Source: Sphingomonadales bacterium (GTDB taxonomy: Bacteria; Pseudomonadota; Alphaproteobacteria; Sphingomonadales; Sphingomonadaceae). From it: 46,956 nt of DNA. Each line of letters opens with the position of its first letter. Within the stretch, counting starts at the first letter, position 1. Location of the stretch: NCBI GenBank assembly GCA_040255765.1, contig JBDZVP010000004.1, positions 1 through 46,956 of the forward strand, read 5' to 3'. The position numbers and the translations under genes were made by a program. Under the pieces are notes generated by a model. The model searched no databases, was not told where the DNA came from, and saw only the letters and a list, made by a program, of their open reading frames with translations. Shown one piece after another: positions 1-10,403 of this stretch.

Positions 1-2
1 GG

Positions 3-443
3 AACATGATTCTCAGCCTCGTCATGCTGGCGCTCGAGGCCGGGCTGGCAGCGGGTCTGATCCTCTTCATGAAGGGGGAGGGCCTGCCGCAATCCTACCA
101 GGCCACCGGACCGGCGATCGGCCTCTGCATCGCGCTCGCCTTCGCTTCGGTCAGCAAGTCGTGGCTGCTTCGGCGGAAGGTTCGCGCGCCTGTCTCAGGC
201 TGGCGGTGGGACCTCGCCTGGGCGACCGCAGCGGGTGTCGCCGTTGGCGGCGCGGCTCACCTCTTTTTGCCCGAAGCGCTGGAGCTGATCCTGGGCGTGC
301 CGGCGACGATGGCTGCTTTCTTCGCAGTCTTGTGGACCAAGGGCTTCGGCCCCGAAGACCGCGAGCTGTTCCGCCTTCGAAAGCACGACGTCAGCAACCT
401 GAGAGCAGCCGAAGCCGCCCAGGGACGAGACGACATCGTCTAG
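3..443 (+). CDS. C-terminal part of a polytopic membrane protein, probably a polysaccharide flippase/LPS biosynthesis family protein (5' truncated by window edge)
   Basis: Frame open from the window edge, several TM segments, ends ...[11 protein letters not shown]; family assignment from resemblance only. Confidence 0.5.
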   Translation, partial: NMILSLVMLALEAGLAAGLILFMKGEGLPQSYQATGPAIGLCIALAFASVSKSWLLRRKVRAPVSGWRWDLAWATAAGVAVGGAAHLFLPEALELILGVPATMAAFFAVLWTKGFGPEDRELFRLRKHDVSNLRAAEAAQGRDDIV

Positions 444-449
444 CGCGCC

Positions 450-2042
450 TCAGTGGCGGAAGTGCCGCATCCCGGTGAACAGCATGGCGAGGCCAGCTTC
501 GTCGGCGGCGGCGATGACTTCCTCGTCGCGGATCGAGCCGCCGGGCTGGATGACCGCGGTCGCGCCCGCCTCGGCCGCTGAAAGCAGGCCATCGGCGAAC
601 GGGAAGAAGGCATCGGAGGCGACTGCTGAGCCGACGGTTCGAGGCTCGCTCCAGCCAGCGGCTTCGGCAGCTTCGCGGGCTCGCAGCGCGGCGATGCGGG
701 CGCTGTCGCGGCGGTTCATCTGCCCCGCGCCGACACCGGCGGTCACGCCGTCCTTCGCATAAACGATCGCGTTCGACTTCACGTGCTTGGCGACTGTCCA
801 GGCGAACAGGCAGTCCTTCAGTTCCTGCTCGCTCGGCTGGCGTTTCGTCACGCATTTGAGCTGGTCGCGGGTGATGCGGCCGTTGTCGCGGTCCTGGACG
901 AGAAGCCCACCGGTTATGACCGCCAGAGTCTGGCCCGGGCGCGCCGGATCGGGAAGCTCGCCGGTCAGGAGCAGGCGGAGATTCTTCTTCTTGGCAAAGA
1001 TGGCCTTCGCGTCCCCATCCGCATCGGGAGCGACAACGACCTCGGTGAAGATGTGCGCGATCGCTTCGGCGGTCGCGCCGTCGAGCGGCCGGTTGGCCGC
1101 AACGATCCCGCCGAAGGCCGAGACGCTGTCGCAGGCGAGGGCCTCGGTCCAGGCGTCGAGCAGCGAAGCTCGTGTCGCCACTCCGCACGGGTTGGCATGC
1201 TTGACGATGACGATCGTCGGTTCGGAATCGCGAAATTCTGAGACCAGTTCGAGCGCCGCATTGGCGTCGTTGAGATTGTTGTAGCTGAGTTCCTTGCCCT
1301 GGACCTGTTCTGCCTGGGCGATCCCGCGTGTGTGGGGACCAGCGGGAATGTACAGTGCGGCTTGCTGGTGCGGGTTCTCGCCGTATCGGAGCGGCATCTT
1401 GAGATTGGCCGACATGGTCCAGCTCGGCGGCCAGCGGAGGCCCTGGTCGGCATAAGCGAACCATTGCGAGATCATGGAATCGTAAGCGGCGGTGAGGGCG
1501 AAAGCCTTGGCCGCCATGCGCTTGCGGAAGGCTAGCGACGTCGATCCGCCGTTGGCATCGAGCTCGGCGATCAGCTCTTCGTAGTCGGCGGGATCGGTCA
1601 CTATCGTGACGAACGCGTGATTCTTGGCCGCCGAGCGGACCATCGAGGGGCCGCCGATGTCGATATTCTCAATGATCTCGTCGCGCGACGCGCCACGCAT
1701 GACGGTCGCCTCGAACGGGTAGAGATTGACCACGACGAGGTCGATTGGAGCGATGTCGTGCTCCTCCATCGCCGCCGTGTGCTCGGGATTGTCGCGGACG
1801 CCGAGAAGGCCGCCGTGGACCTTCGGGTGGAGGGTCTTCACGCGCCCGTCCATCATCTCCGGAAAGCCGGTCAGGTCGGATACGTCGCGCACGTTCGCGC
1901 CGGTTTCGCGAAGCTTCGCTGCGGTTCCGCCGGTGGAGACCAGCTCGACGCCGTGCTTCGCGAGCGCCTTCGCCAGCTCGTCGAGCTTTGCTTTGTCCGA
2001 AAGCGAAATCAGCGCCCGCCGAACGGGCACGAGATCAGTCAC
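450..2042 (-). CDS. purH: Bifunctional AICAR transformylase/IMP cyclohydrolase
   Basis: [61 protein letters not shown]; GTG start at 2042 with AAGGAG SD. Confidence 0.98.
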   Translation of the reverse strand: MTDLVPVRRALISLSDKAKLDELAKALAKHGVELVSTGGTAAKLRETGANVRDVSDLTGFPEMMDGRVKTLHPKVHGGLLGVRDNPEHTAAMEEHDIAPIDLVVVNLYPFEATVMRGASRDEIIENIDIGGPSMVRSAAKNHAFVTIVTDPADYEELIAELDANGGSTSLAFRKRMAAKAFALTAAYDSMISQWFAYADQGLRWPPSWTMSANLKMPLRYGENPHQQAALYIPAGPHTRGIAQAEQVQGKELSYNNLNDANAALELVSEFRDSEPTIVIVKHANPCGVATRASLLDAWTEALACDSVSAFGGIVAANRPLDGATAEAIAHIFTEVVVAPDADGDAKAIFAKKKNLRLLLTGELPDPARPGQTLAVITGGLLVQDRDNGRITRDQLKCVTKRQPSEQELKDCLFAWTVAKHVKSNAIVYAKDGVTAGVGAGQMNRRDSARIAALRAREAAEAAGWSEPRTVGSAVASDAFFPFADGLLSAAEAGATAVIQPGGSIRDEEVIAAADEAGLAMLFTGMRHFRH

Positions 2043-2055
2043 ATCATTCTCCTTT

Positions 2056-3702
2056 TCAGCTCGACCGGCGGAACTGCCAGTGCACTTCGGCGCCGGACGC
2101 CGCCGCCTCGCCATTGATCACCAATTGCATGGTCCGGTGCGGCACCCCCTGCCCGTCGACCATCAGGCTCTCCTCGACGCCGATCGCGGCGCCGCGCGAA
2201 CGGAAGTTCCACGGCGGCGCGCCCGGCGAGCGGAGAATCGCGCCCATCGCGTCGGCGGTTATGGTCGGCTCAATGCCCTGGGCAAGGTGGAATCGGATCG
2301 CGAATGGCGTTCCGTCCTTGCGCCGCTTCGACTTCGGCGCAAGCTCGTCGGTTCCGCGCAATTCCTTGCCGTCGTTGCCGAGCGTCAGGATTCGCCGGTG
2401 GGTCAAGCCGAAGCCGCGCGCGTAGCCGTCGTGACTGGCCTCGATCCGGCTGGAATCATTGTCCTCCGACCGGTCGACCATGACGTCGGTGACGCCTTTG
2501 CCGAGCGAGCCATCGGGAAGGATCGCCGTCGAATTGGCGTCGGCCACTGTGACCGTACTATGGGCCGCGGTGGTCCGGAGCGCGTTCACGAGATCGTCCG
2601 GCATTTCGCTTGGGAAAGGAGCCGGCCCGCCGCAGTTGACGACAATCCGCTGGCGTCCATCGGACATTTCGAAGGCAAGGGTCGAAGCGCAGCCGGACGG
2701 CGCGGCCTTCGGCGGCGGCGGCGGAGCGGCGTCCATCAGGACGACCGTCCCGAGCGCAGACAGGCGGTGAAAGCCCCAGCCGCGCGGCTGGCGAAGAGCG
2801 CGTGCGCGAAGGCCGCACCCCTCGACGATTGCAGTGAGTCGGGCGGGGTCTTCGCAATTACCGCCCTGCCAGCTGGAAAGGCCACCGTCGCCGAGGATGA
2901 TTCCGTGGAGTGCGGACAGAGCGGCTGCGGCCGCAGTCTCGAGGCTCTCGGGGGGACTATGCTTGGCGGCGAAATAGGCGGAGCGGAGGAGGCCGAGCCG
3001 GTCGACCAGCTGGACCTGCTCGTAAGGGGTGCGGCTGATGAGCCCGCCATCGTCGAATTGCGCGGAGGCAAGCGCCCGGGCGAGGCCGGATTCGCAGCGC
3101 GCGACACGGCCAACGCCGCCCTGGATGACAAGCGCCGCGGCGACTGCTCCCGCCCAGGCGGTGACCCGGTCGAGACCGGCGGGCGCCTTGTCGGCGCTCG
3201 CTTCGAGATGACGCGCTCCGCGAGCAAGCGTGTTAAGCAACGCGGAGCGGTACCCCATGTCGGTGCTCGACAGGATGTATGGCGCGTAGGCGGTCCAGTA
3301 GAGGATCCGCTCGCCCCACAACTCGGGCCGCCAGGCCGAGTCGACGCGGGTGCCGTGCGCCAGCAGCCAGCGCCCGACGATGGCTTCAGCGAGTTTCGAT
3401 CCGCGCTCGCGCGGCGCGGATGCGGCAAGGTCGCGCAGCCAGGAGAAGCCCTGGAGCTGCCCGGCGAGCGGTCCATCCGCGCCCACGGAGGCGAAGTCGA
3501 GGTCGGCAAGGGCAAGCTGCCCGGTCCCGCAGACGAAACGGCCGCCGAGCAGGGCGTCGCCTTTTGCGCGGTCCCCCTGGACGTGGTCGCGCGGGACGGC
3601 GGTCAGGCGGAGCGGTTGGCGGCGCGAGCCCGTAAGCCTGGACAGCAGCGATCCCTTGGCGAGTTTGCGGACGACGGCGCTTTGAGCCGCTTCGCTGGTC
3701 AT
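2056..3702 (-). CDS. Heparinase II/III family protein
   Basis: [33 protein letters not shown] motifs; usual rsmB-rpe-heparinase-purH context. Confidence 0.85.
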   Translation of the reverse strand: MTSEAAQSAVVRKLAKGSLLSRLTGSRRQPLRLTAVPRDHVQGDRAKGDALLGGRFVCGTGQLALADLDFASVGADGPLAGQLQGFSWLRDLAASAPRERGSKLAEAIVGRWLLAHGTRVDSAWRPELWGERILYWTAYAPYILSSTDMGYRSALLNTLARGARHLEASADKAPAGLDRVTAWAGAVAAALVIQGGVGRVARCESGLARALASAQFDDGGLISRTPYEQVQLVDRLGLLRSAYFAAKHSPPESLETAAAAALSALHGIILGDGGLSSWQGGNCEDPARLTAIVEGCGLRARALRQPRGWGFHRLSALGTVVLMDAAPPPPPKAAPSGCASTLAFEMSDGRQRIVVNCGGPAPFPSEMPDDLVNALRTTAAHSTVTVADANSTAILPDGSLGKGVTDVMVDRSEDNDSSRIEASHDGYARGFGLTHRRILTLGNDGKELRGTDELAPKSKRRKDGTPFAIRFHLAQGIEPTITADAMGAILRSPGAPPWNFRSRGAAIGVEESLMVDGQGVPHRTMQLVINGEAAASGAEVHWQFRRSS

Positions 3703-4361
3703 CCTTCTCCCCGAAGGGTGCGGATGTTTGCGGCATATTGGCCGGGCCCGCCGCGGAAAGTCGCGCTCCCGGCGACGAGGATTTTGGCACCTGCGCTGAC
3801 CGCCAGCGGTGCGGTTTCGGGATCGATCCCGCCGTCGACCTCGATATCGACAGACAGGCCGCGACCGGCGATCTTTTCCGCGATGACTTCGATTTTCCGA
3901 AGCTGGCTGGAAATGAACTTCTGCCCGCCAAAGCCGGGATTGACGCTCATCACCAGGACGAGGTCGATGGTGTCGAGAACATAATCGAGCGCGTCGGGAG
4001 GCGTGGCGGGGTTGAGCGAGACGCCTGCTTTTTTGCCGAGCGCCTTCACCCGCTGGACCGTTCGGTGAAGATGCGGGCCGGCCTCCGGATGGACAGTGAT
4101 GATGTCGGCTCCGGCAGAAGCGAAATCCTCGAGGAAGAGGTCGACAGGCGAGATCATCAGATGAACGTCGAACGGCTTCGTGGTGTGTGGCCGCAACGCC
4201 TTTACGACCCCTGGGCCGATGGTGAGATTGGGCACGAAATGCCCATCCATGACGTCAATGTGGATCCAGTCGGCGCCCGCTTCGTCGATCGCGCGGACTT
4301 CATCGCCGAGCCTGGCGAAGTCGGCGGAAAGGATGGATGGGGCGATCAGCGGTCCGGCCAT
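3699..4361 (-). CDS. rpe: Ribulose-phosphate 3-epimerase
   Basis: [37 protein letters not shown]. Confidence 0.98.
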   Translation of the reverse strand: MAGPLIAPSILSADFARLGDEVRAIDEAGADWIHIDVMDGHFVPNLTIGPGVVKALRPHTTKPFDVHLMISPVDLFLEDFASAGADIITVHPEAGPHLHRTVQRVKALGKKAGVSLNPATPPDALDYVLDTIDLVLVMSVNPGFGGQKFISSQLRKIEVIAEKIAGRGLSVDIEVDGGIDPETAPLAVSAGAKILVAGSATFRGGPGQYAANIRTLRGEG

Positions 4362-4379
4362 TGGGCCGATTAGACGATA

Positions 4380-5627
4380 TTAAGCGGTGCGGACAAGGCG
4401 GGCAGTGAAGAAGCCGTCGAGCCCGCCTTCGGATTCGAGGAGGCCGGGAAGAATTCTCACCCAACCTTCGGCGGTCGGCATCGCCACTCCATCTTCGGGA
4501 GGATCGATTCGAAATTCCGGGTGGCCGCGAAGGAAGCCGGAGACGATGTCTTCGCCTTCCTGCGGTTCCAGCGAGCAAACCGAGTACACAAGCGCCCCGC
4601 CCGGCCCGAGCCAGCCAGCGGCGCGGTCGAGCATCTTCACCTGCAGTTCGGCCGATTCGGCGATAATGCGCGGCCGGGCCCGGTAGAGGACTTCGGGATG
4701 GCGGCGAAATGTGCCGGTCGCGGAGCAAGGTGCATCGAGCAGGATAGCGTCATATCTTCGCGTCGGCTGCCACTTCAGGACGTCGGCGGCGACGAGCTCG
4801 GCGGTGAGCCCGGTGCGATCGAGATTCTCGCGAAGCCGCTTGAGGCGCGGCTCGGAAAAATCGACCGCGGTGACGTCATGACCCGCAGCCGCAAGCTGCA
4901 TGGCCTTCCCTCCTGGCGCGGAGCAGAGGTCGAGCACCGTCTTCGCCTCGGCGGGAATGAGGCGGGCTGGAATCGACGAGGCGAGGTCCTGAACCCACCA
5001 GTCGCCTGAGCCGAAGCCGGGGAGGTCGCCGATCGGCCCGGAGCGGGCCAACCGCACGTGCGTCGGGGCGAGCGAGGCACCACCGGTTCTCGACGCGAAG
5101 GCCCTGGCCGCTTCGCCTGACCTGAAGCTGAGGTCCAGAGGCGGGCGGACCGCGATCTGCCGGCGGGCGGCTTCGACGACATGCTCGCCCCAGGCTTCGC
5201 TCCAGCGTTGCTCGACGCCAGGCGGAAGGCGCGGCGCTTCGATCCTTGGCAACCCTCGCCGGAGCAGGGTTCCGAGCACGCCGTGGACGAGCCGCCGCGG
5301 GCCGCCGTCCACTAACGGCAGGGCGGTTGCGACGACAGCGTGGTCGGGCGTTTCGAGGCCAATCTTTTGGGCGAGCGCAATCCGAAGCACCATCCGCGCC
5401 TTGCTGTCGCCCGGCAGCGGCTTCTTCGTCGCGCTGTCGATGAGGGCATCGAGATCGGGAAGGCGCCGGAGGACTTCGCCGGCGATCGCGATCGCCAGAG
5501 CGTGATCGTTGGGCGCGAGAGCGCGTTCCGACTGGGCAGCGGAATCGAGTGTGCGAGCCCGGCGCAGCACCGAGTCGAGCATCTGCAATGCAGCTCGCCG
5601 TGCCGCCAATCCCTCAACGCTTGGCAT
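4380..5627 (-). CDS. rsmB: RsmB/NOP family RNA m5C methyltransferase with NusB-like N-terminus
   Basis: VQD, LDLCSAPGGK, LLDAPCSATG..RRHP, YSVCSL..EGE, DGFF. Confidence 0.9.
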   Translation of the reverse strand: MPSVEGLAARRAALQMLDSVLRRARTLDSAAQSERALAPNDHALAIAIAGEVLRRLPDLDALIDSATKKPLPGDSKARMVLRIALAQKIGLETPDHAVVATALPLVDGGPRRLVHGVLGTLLRRGLPRIEAPRLPPGVEQRWSEAWGEHVVEAARRQIAVRPPLDLSFRSGEAARAFASRTGGASLAPTHVRLARSGPIGDLPGFGSGDWWVQDLASSIPARLIPAEAKTVLDLCSAPGGKAMQLAAAGHDVTAVDFSEPRLKRLRENLDRTGLTAELVAADVLKWQPTRRYDAILLDAPCSATGTFRRHPEVLYRARPRIIAESAELQVKMLDRAAGWLGPGGALVYSVCSLEPQEGEDIVSGFLRGHPEFRIDPPEDGVAMPTAEGWVRILPGLLESEGGLDGFFTARLVRTA

Positions 5628-5655
5628 CGGCTCTGCCAGGCCTCATCTTGCAGGC

Positions 5656-5835
5656 ATGAAGCGGCCCCAAAAACGACCGGCGCATCTCGACCCGCCGAAG
5701 TACCTTTCCAAATCGCCGCCGGTGCCCGAGCCGGAGCCGCTGACGAATACCGAAGCCCCTCCCGGCGAAGAAGAGAAGCCCGATCCCACGCGCTACGGGG
5801 ACTGGGAAAAGAACGGAATCGCGAGCGATTTCTAA
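5656..5835 (+). CDS. DUF1674 (SDHAF4-like) small protein
   Basis: C-terminal signature DPTRYGDWEKNGIASDF; ATG at 5656. Confidence 0.9.
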   Translation: MKRPQKRPAHLDPPKYLSKSPPVPEPEPLTNTEAPPGEEEKPDPTRYGDWEKNGIASDF

Positions 5836-6812
5836 ACGCCTTCGATTTTCGGCGGGCGGGCGAGCAACTCCTCGACTACCGAATCGATGGCGGCGCCCTT
5901 GAGCAGCCGGTCGACCGAATCGACGATCGGCATGTCGATTCCGCGCTCGCTCGCAATACGCGCAAGCACCGGAGCAGTGAACGCGCCTTCGGCGACCGTC
6001 CGGCGATCCGCCATCAGCTCCGATGCAGACCGCCCCTCGCCGATCCCCTTGCCAAGCGAATAATTGCGTGAACTGGTCGAGGAGCAGGTGAGGACGAGGT
6101 CGCCGAGCCCTGACAGGCCGGCCAGCGTTTCTGGGTTGGCGCCCATCGCGACTCCGAATCGAGTCATTTCGGCGAAGCCGCGGGCGATCAGCGCGGCGCG
6201 TGCGTTCTGGCCGAGGCCGCGGCCCTCCACCACGCCGCAGGCGATGGCGAGAACGTTCTTGACCGCGCCGCCGATCTCGGCCCCGGCGACATCGTCGCTG
6301 AGGTAAATCCGGAACGTCGGCTGGGCCAGCGCCTCGCGAAGCTGGCGGCCGACGGTTCTGTCTTCGGCGGCGAGCGTGACCGCGGTCGGCAGGCCGCGAG
6401 CGACTTCGTGGGCGAAGGTCGGGCCGGAAAGGACCGCGACCGGTGCACCGGGACAGGCCTGGCCAGCGACCTGGTGCAACAGCTGGCCGCTGCGTTCTTC
6501 GATGCCCTTGGAGCAGAGGACCCGCGGGACGTCGCAGCGGGGCGCGCGCTCCAGGACCGTGCGCATGTGCTGCGCCGGCGTAACCACGAGCCACGCGTCG
6601 CAGTCTCCGATCGAGTCGAGATCTCCAGTCGCGCGGATCGCCGTGTCGAGCTTAACCCCGGGAAGGAAGATGGGATTTTCACGGGTCGAATTGACGGCGT
6701 CGACGACCTCGCGTTCCATCGCCCAAAGCAGCACTTCGCGCCCCGCCTTGGCCGCGACTTGCGCCAAAGCGGTTCCCCAGGCCCCCCCGCCGATAACCGC
6801 GATCCGATTCAC
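5832..6812 (-). CDS. gpsA: NAD(P)H-dependent glycerol-3-phosphate dehydrogenase
   Basis: GGGAWGTALA, SKGIE, SGPTFA, GAVKNV, GLGDLVLTC, SSRN. Confidence 0.97.
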   Translation of the reverse strand: MNRIAVIGGGAWGTALAQVAAKAGREVLLWAMEREVVDAVNSTRENPIFLPGVKLDTAIRATGDLDSIGDCDAWLVVTPAQHMRTVLERAPRCDVPRVLCSKGIEERSGQLLHQVAGQACPGAPVAVLSGPTFAHEVARGLPTAVTLAAEDRTVGRQLREALAQPTFRIYLSDDVAGAEIGGAVKNVLAIACGVVEGRGLGQNARAALIARGFAEMTRFGVAMGANPETLAGLSGLGDLVLTCSSTSSRNYSLGKGIGEGRSASELMADRRTVAEGAFTAPVLARIASERGIDMPIVDSVDRLLKGAAIDSVVEELLARPPKIEGV

Positions 6813-7840
6813 GCCTTGACCCCCGCGCCCCGCACTTTTTCGGCATCCGGATCGAGCGGCCAGCGCGCCCGTGCGGGAGCCGATAGATCGTCGGTGAGTG
6901 CGAGGGTGAAGCGCTCTGCCCCCGCCCAGGCGATCATCGCCGCATTATCCGTGCAAAGCCACGCGGGCGGGACGCTGAACCGGCGGCCGTTTTCGATCGC
7001 GAGCTTCTGAAGAGCGGAGCGGATCGCGCCGTTCGCCGCGACTCCTCCGGCAACGACGAGCGACGGGGCATCGCTGTTTCCGAGCGCCAGCCGGGTCCGG
7101 TCTACGAGGCAGTCCACCACCGCCTGCTGGAAGCTCGCGGCGATATCGGCGGGCGAATGCTCGCCGGAGACGGCGGCCCGCTGGACCGCGCTCTTGAGGC
7201 CGGCGAAGGAGAAATGCGGCTCGCCCGAACCCACCAGCGGACGCGGCAATGGTACCGCGGCCGGATCGCCATCCTTCGCGAGCTGCTCGATTGCAGGGCC
7301 ACCCGGATAGGCAAGGCCGAGGAGTTTTGCGGCCTTGTCGAACGCCTCGCCGGCGGCATCGTCGATGGTGGTCGCGAGGCGCCGGTATTCTCCGACTCCG
7401 AGCACCTCCAGAAGCTGGCAATGGCCGCCCGAGACCAGGAGCAGCAAATAAGGAAATTCGAGGTCGGGATCGACGAGCCGGGGACTAAGCGCATGGCCCT
7501 CGAGATGGTTGACCGCGATCAGCGGCTTGCCGGCCGAAAGGGCGATCCCCTTTGCGGTGAGCAGAGCGACCATCACTCCGCCAATCAGGCCGGGCCCCGC
7601 GGTCGCGGCGATTGCGTCGACTTCGCCGATGTCCATCTTCGCCTCGCGCAGCACCTGCTCGACGAGTCCGGGGAGGATCTGGACGTGGGCCCGGGCCGCG
7701 ATCTCGGGGACGACTCCGCCGAACGGGCGATGAGCCTCATTCTGTCCCACCACCGCCTGCGCGAGGATTCGCCGGTCGGTCGTGACCAGCGCCGCGGCGG
7801 TGTCGTCGCACGAAGATTCGAGGCCAAGGAGAATTGCCAT
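6809..7840 (-). CDS. tsaD: tRNA t6A threonylcarbamoyltransferase
   Basis: GLESSCDDT, GGVVPEIAARAH, HLEGH, SGGH, DDAAGEAFDK, CTDNAAMI; true start ATG 7840. Confidence 0.97.
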   Translation of the reverse strand: MAILLGLESSCDDTAAALVTTDRRILAQAVVGQNEAHRPFGGVVPEIAARAHVQILPGLVEQVLREAKMDIGEVDAIAATAGPGLIGGVMVALLTAKGIALSAGKPLIAVNHLEGHALSPRLVDPDLEFPYLLLLVSGGHCQLLEVLGVGEYRRLATTIDDAAGEAFDKAAKLLGLAYPGGPAIEQLAKDGDPAAVPLPRPLVGSGEPHFSFAGLKSAVQRAAVSGEHSPADIAASFQQAVVDCLVDRTRLALGNSDAPSLVVAGGVAANGAIRSALQKLAIENGRRFSVPPAWLCTDNAAMIAWAGAERFTLALTDDLSAPARARWPLDPDAEKVRGAGVKA

Positions 7841-7888
7841 GCGTTGTTTCCTTTGCCCGAACGCCGGGCGATGCACTAGTGGAGGCCA

Positions 7889-8809
7889 ATGGCCGGAAAT
7901 CCGAGACTTGGGACGCGCGGGTCCCCGCTTGCACTGATTCAGGCGCGAAAGATCGCCTCCGCCCTGGAAGTGGCGGAGCGCTGGCCGGCCGGGCACGTCG
8001 AAATCATCACCGTCAAGACGAGCGGCGACCGGATCGCCGACCGGCCGCTCGCCGAACTCGGGGGGAAGGGCCTGTGGACGAAGGAGCTGGATTCGGCGCT
8101 CCTCAACGGCGACGTCGATTTCTGCGTCCATTCGGTGAAGGACATCGAAGTTGTCCGCCCCAAGGAAATCCGCCTCGCCGCGATCAGGCCTCGCGTTTAC
8201 GTCGAGGATAAATTGCTCGGCGCCAGCTCGGTCGACGAGTTGAAGCAGGGCGCGGTCGTCGGCACCTCCTCGCCGCGGCGGGCGGCGCAGCTTCTTTCCG
8301 TGCGGCCCGACCTCAAGATCGTCACCCTTCGAGGCAATGTCGATACCCGCCTCAAGAAACTCGACGCCGGCGAGGTGGACGCGACAATCCTTTCGGCGGC
8401 GGGGCTTCATCGCCTCGGCCTCGATCATGTCGGCTCGCCGATTCCGTTCGAGGTGATGCTTCCGGCGCCGGGGCAGGGCGCCCTGGGGATCGAATGCCGC
8501 GCCGATGACGGCGACTGCATCCAGTTGTTGAAGCTTCTCGACGACGCGGCGAGCCGGTCGGCGGTTCAGGCGGAACGAGCCTTCGCCCGGGCACTCGGCG
8601 CATCGTGCCATTCTCCGGTCGCGGCGCTGGCCACGCCCGCACATAACCAGGTGCATTTGGTCGCCGAAATCCTGTCCGCCGACGGCAAGGAAAAGATGCG
8701 CGAGGAGATCAGTTTTCCGGCGGGGCGCGAGGAGAGAGCTTCGGAGCTCGCGCGCCGGATGCTGGAGCGGGCGCCCGAATCGATACGGACGCTCTTCGCC
8801 GCCGCATGA
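7889..8809 (+). CDS. hemC: Hydroxymethylbilane synthase
   Basis: GTRGSPLAL.Q, GGKGLWTKE, VHS.KD, GTSSPRR, RGNVDTRL, PAPGQG, SCHSP. Confidence 0.97.
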   Translation: MAGNPRLGTRGSPLALIQARKIASALEVAERWPAGHVEIITVKTSGDRIADRPLAELGGKGLWTKELDSALLNGDVDFCVHSVKDIEVVRPKEIRLAAIRPRVYVEDKLLGASSVDELKQGAVVGTSSPRRAAQLLSVRPDLKIVTLRGNVDTRLKKLDAGEVDATILSAAGLHRLGLDHVGSPIPFEVMLPAPGQGALGIECRADDGDCIQLLKLLDDAASRSAVQAERAFARALGASCHSPVAALATPAHNQVHLVAEILSADGKEKMREEISFPAGREERASELARRMLERAPESIRTLFAAA

Positions 8810-9480
8810 AGCCGCTGGTAATCGTGCGCCCCGAGCCGGGCGCGGCCGCAACGGCCGAAGCCGCCCAAGTGCTCGGTCTCGAGACCATTGTTATCCCGCT
8901 GTTCACGATCCGGCCATTGCAATGGGAACCGCCGGATCCGAGCGCTTTCGACGCGCTCCTGTTCACCAGCGCGAACGCAGTCCGTCATGGCGGGGCCGCG
9001 CTCGATGCTTTCCGGCGCCTGCCCGCGCATTGCGTCGGCGAAGCAACCGCGGAGACGGTGCGCAAGTCCGGCTTCGAGATTGCAAAAGTCGGCGAGGGGC
9101 GCGTCGATGGCTTGCTGGGATCGCTTCCTGGCGACCTTCGGCTCCTTCACCTCTGCGGCCTCGACCGGCGCCAGCCGAAGGAGCCGCGCCAGGCGATTAC
9201 CGTGGTTCCGGTTTACCGGGCGGAAGAGATTCCGGCGCCCGCCGGCTTTGGCGAGATCGAAGGCACCGTGATTGCATTGCATTCTCCGCGTGCCGGCAGC
9301 CGGGTCGGCCGCATGGTCGATCAATTCGGCTTGCGCCGCGACCGAATCGCCCTTGCGGGGATAAGCCCGGAAGCCATCGAAGCGGCGGGGACTGGCTGGC
9401 TGGACGTCAAATCGGCACGTCAGCCAAACGATACGGACCTTCTCGCCATTGCCGAAGAGCTGTGCGAGAACCCGCGCTGA
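8806..9480 (+). CDS. hemD: Uroporphyrinogen-III synthase
   Basis: RPEPG, FTSANAV, VGEATA, VYRA, HSPR; ATGA overlap with hemC. Confidence 0.92.
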   Translation: MKPLVIVRPEPGAAATAEAAQVLGLETIVIPLFTIRPLQWEPPDPSAFDALLFTSANAVRHGGAALDAFRRLPAHCVGEATAETVRKSGFEIAKVGEGRVDGLLGSLPGDLRLLHLCGLDRRQPKEPRQAITVVPVYRAEEIPAPAGFGEIEGTVIALHSPRAGSRVGRMVDQFGLRRDRIALAGISPEAIEAAGTGWLDVKSARQPNDTDLLAIAEELCENPR

Positions 9481-9481
9481 C

Positions 9482-10285
9482 ATGGAGCGGGCGGGGATGA
9501 GAGACGGAATGGGATGGGGAGCGCGCGTCCTGATCGGGCTCGTTCTCCTGCTTGCCGGAGCGGCGGCGGCAACCTGGGCACTGGCGCACTACCAGCCGGC
9601 GGCCAAGCTGTTCGGAGTGAGCAACTCCGCGCCTGCGCCACAGCAGCAGCCAAGGCTTGTCGTCCAGGTTCCATCGCAGCCCGTCGGCCCGGGAACTTTA
9701 AATCCCGCCATCGCCGAGCAGATCGGCCAGTTGCAGGCGCGGATGCAGAGGATCGAGAGCGAGAGCCAGGAGGTGCGGGGATCGGCCGGACGCGCGGACG
9801 CCTTGCTCATCGCTTTCGCGGCACGGAGGGCGATCGAACGGGGGGTCGGGCTCGGTTATCTCCAGCCGCTGCTCGTCGACCGCTTCTCGGCCGATCATGC
9901 GCAGGCCGTGGCGACCATCGTTACCGGGTCCCGCTCGCCGGTGCGCCTGACAGGTCTTATCGCGCAATACCAGGACCTCGAGCCCGAACTCGTCGGGCCG
10001 CCGCCAAACGAAGGGGTCTGGGCCGGAATCAAGCGCGGGCTGTCATCGCTGGTGACCGTGCATCGGTCTGATCGGCCCTCCGACCAGCCCTCTGCCCGCT
10101 ACGACCGAGCGCTTTCGCACCTGATGGCTGGCGAAGTGGATTTCGCGCTTGCCGAGACGATGCGCCTGCCCGGGGCCCCCCGGGCGCAGGAATGGGTGGA
10201 TTCCGCTCGCCGCTACATCGCCGTCCATCGCGCCCTCGACGAGATCGAATCGGCGGCGATCATCGGGACCTCGCGCCCAAGCTGA
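9482..10285 (+). CDS. Mitofilin/Mic60-like inner membrane protein (COG4223-like)
   Basis: N-terminal TM, coiled coil, C-terminal ..AGEVDFALAE..LP..AQEWV..ARRY helix pattern; directly after hemD. Confidence 0.65.
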   Translation: MERAGMRDGMGWGARVLIGLVLLLAGAAAATWALAHYQPAAKLFGVSNSAPAPQQQPRLVVQVPSQPVGPGTLNPAIAEQIGQLQARMQRIESESQEVRGSAGRADALLIAFAARRAIERGVGLGYLQPLLVDRFSADHAQAVATIVTGSRSPVRLTGLIAQYQDLEPELVGPPPNEGVWAGIKRGLSSLVTVHRSDRPSDQPSARYDRALSHLMAGEVDFALAETMRLPGAPRAQEWVDSARRYIAVHRALDEIESAAIIGTSRPS

Positions 10286-10403
10286 AGGGCTTGGCAGGCC
10301 GAATCGACTGTGCGAGTCTCTGCCGTGGCGCACAGCGCAGGTTCAGGACCGCGGTGCTAAGCCATTGCAAGCAGCGGAATTTTCAGGGGGGAGAAGAGAA
10401 GGC

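Noticed and set aside
1726-3984. 752-aa plus-strand ORF and similar long antisense ORFs (e.g. 30208-31956, 31886-33235, 40060-41511)
   Set aside because: Shadow frames opposite well-supported genes in high-GC DNA; Arg/Ala-rich with no motifs
7841-8851. Apparent 680-aa TsaD N-terminal fusion
   Set aside because: The extension is the antisense of hemC; TsaD homology begins at ATG 7840
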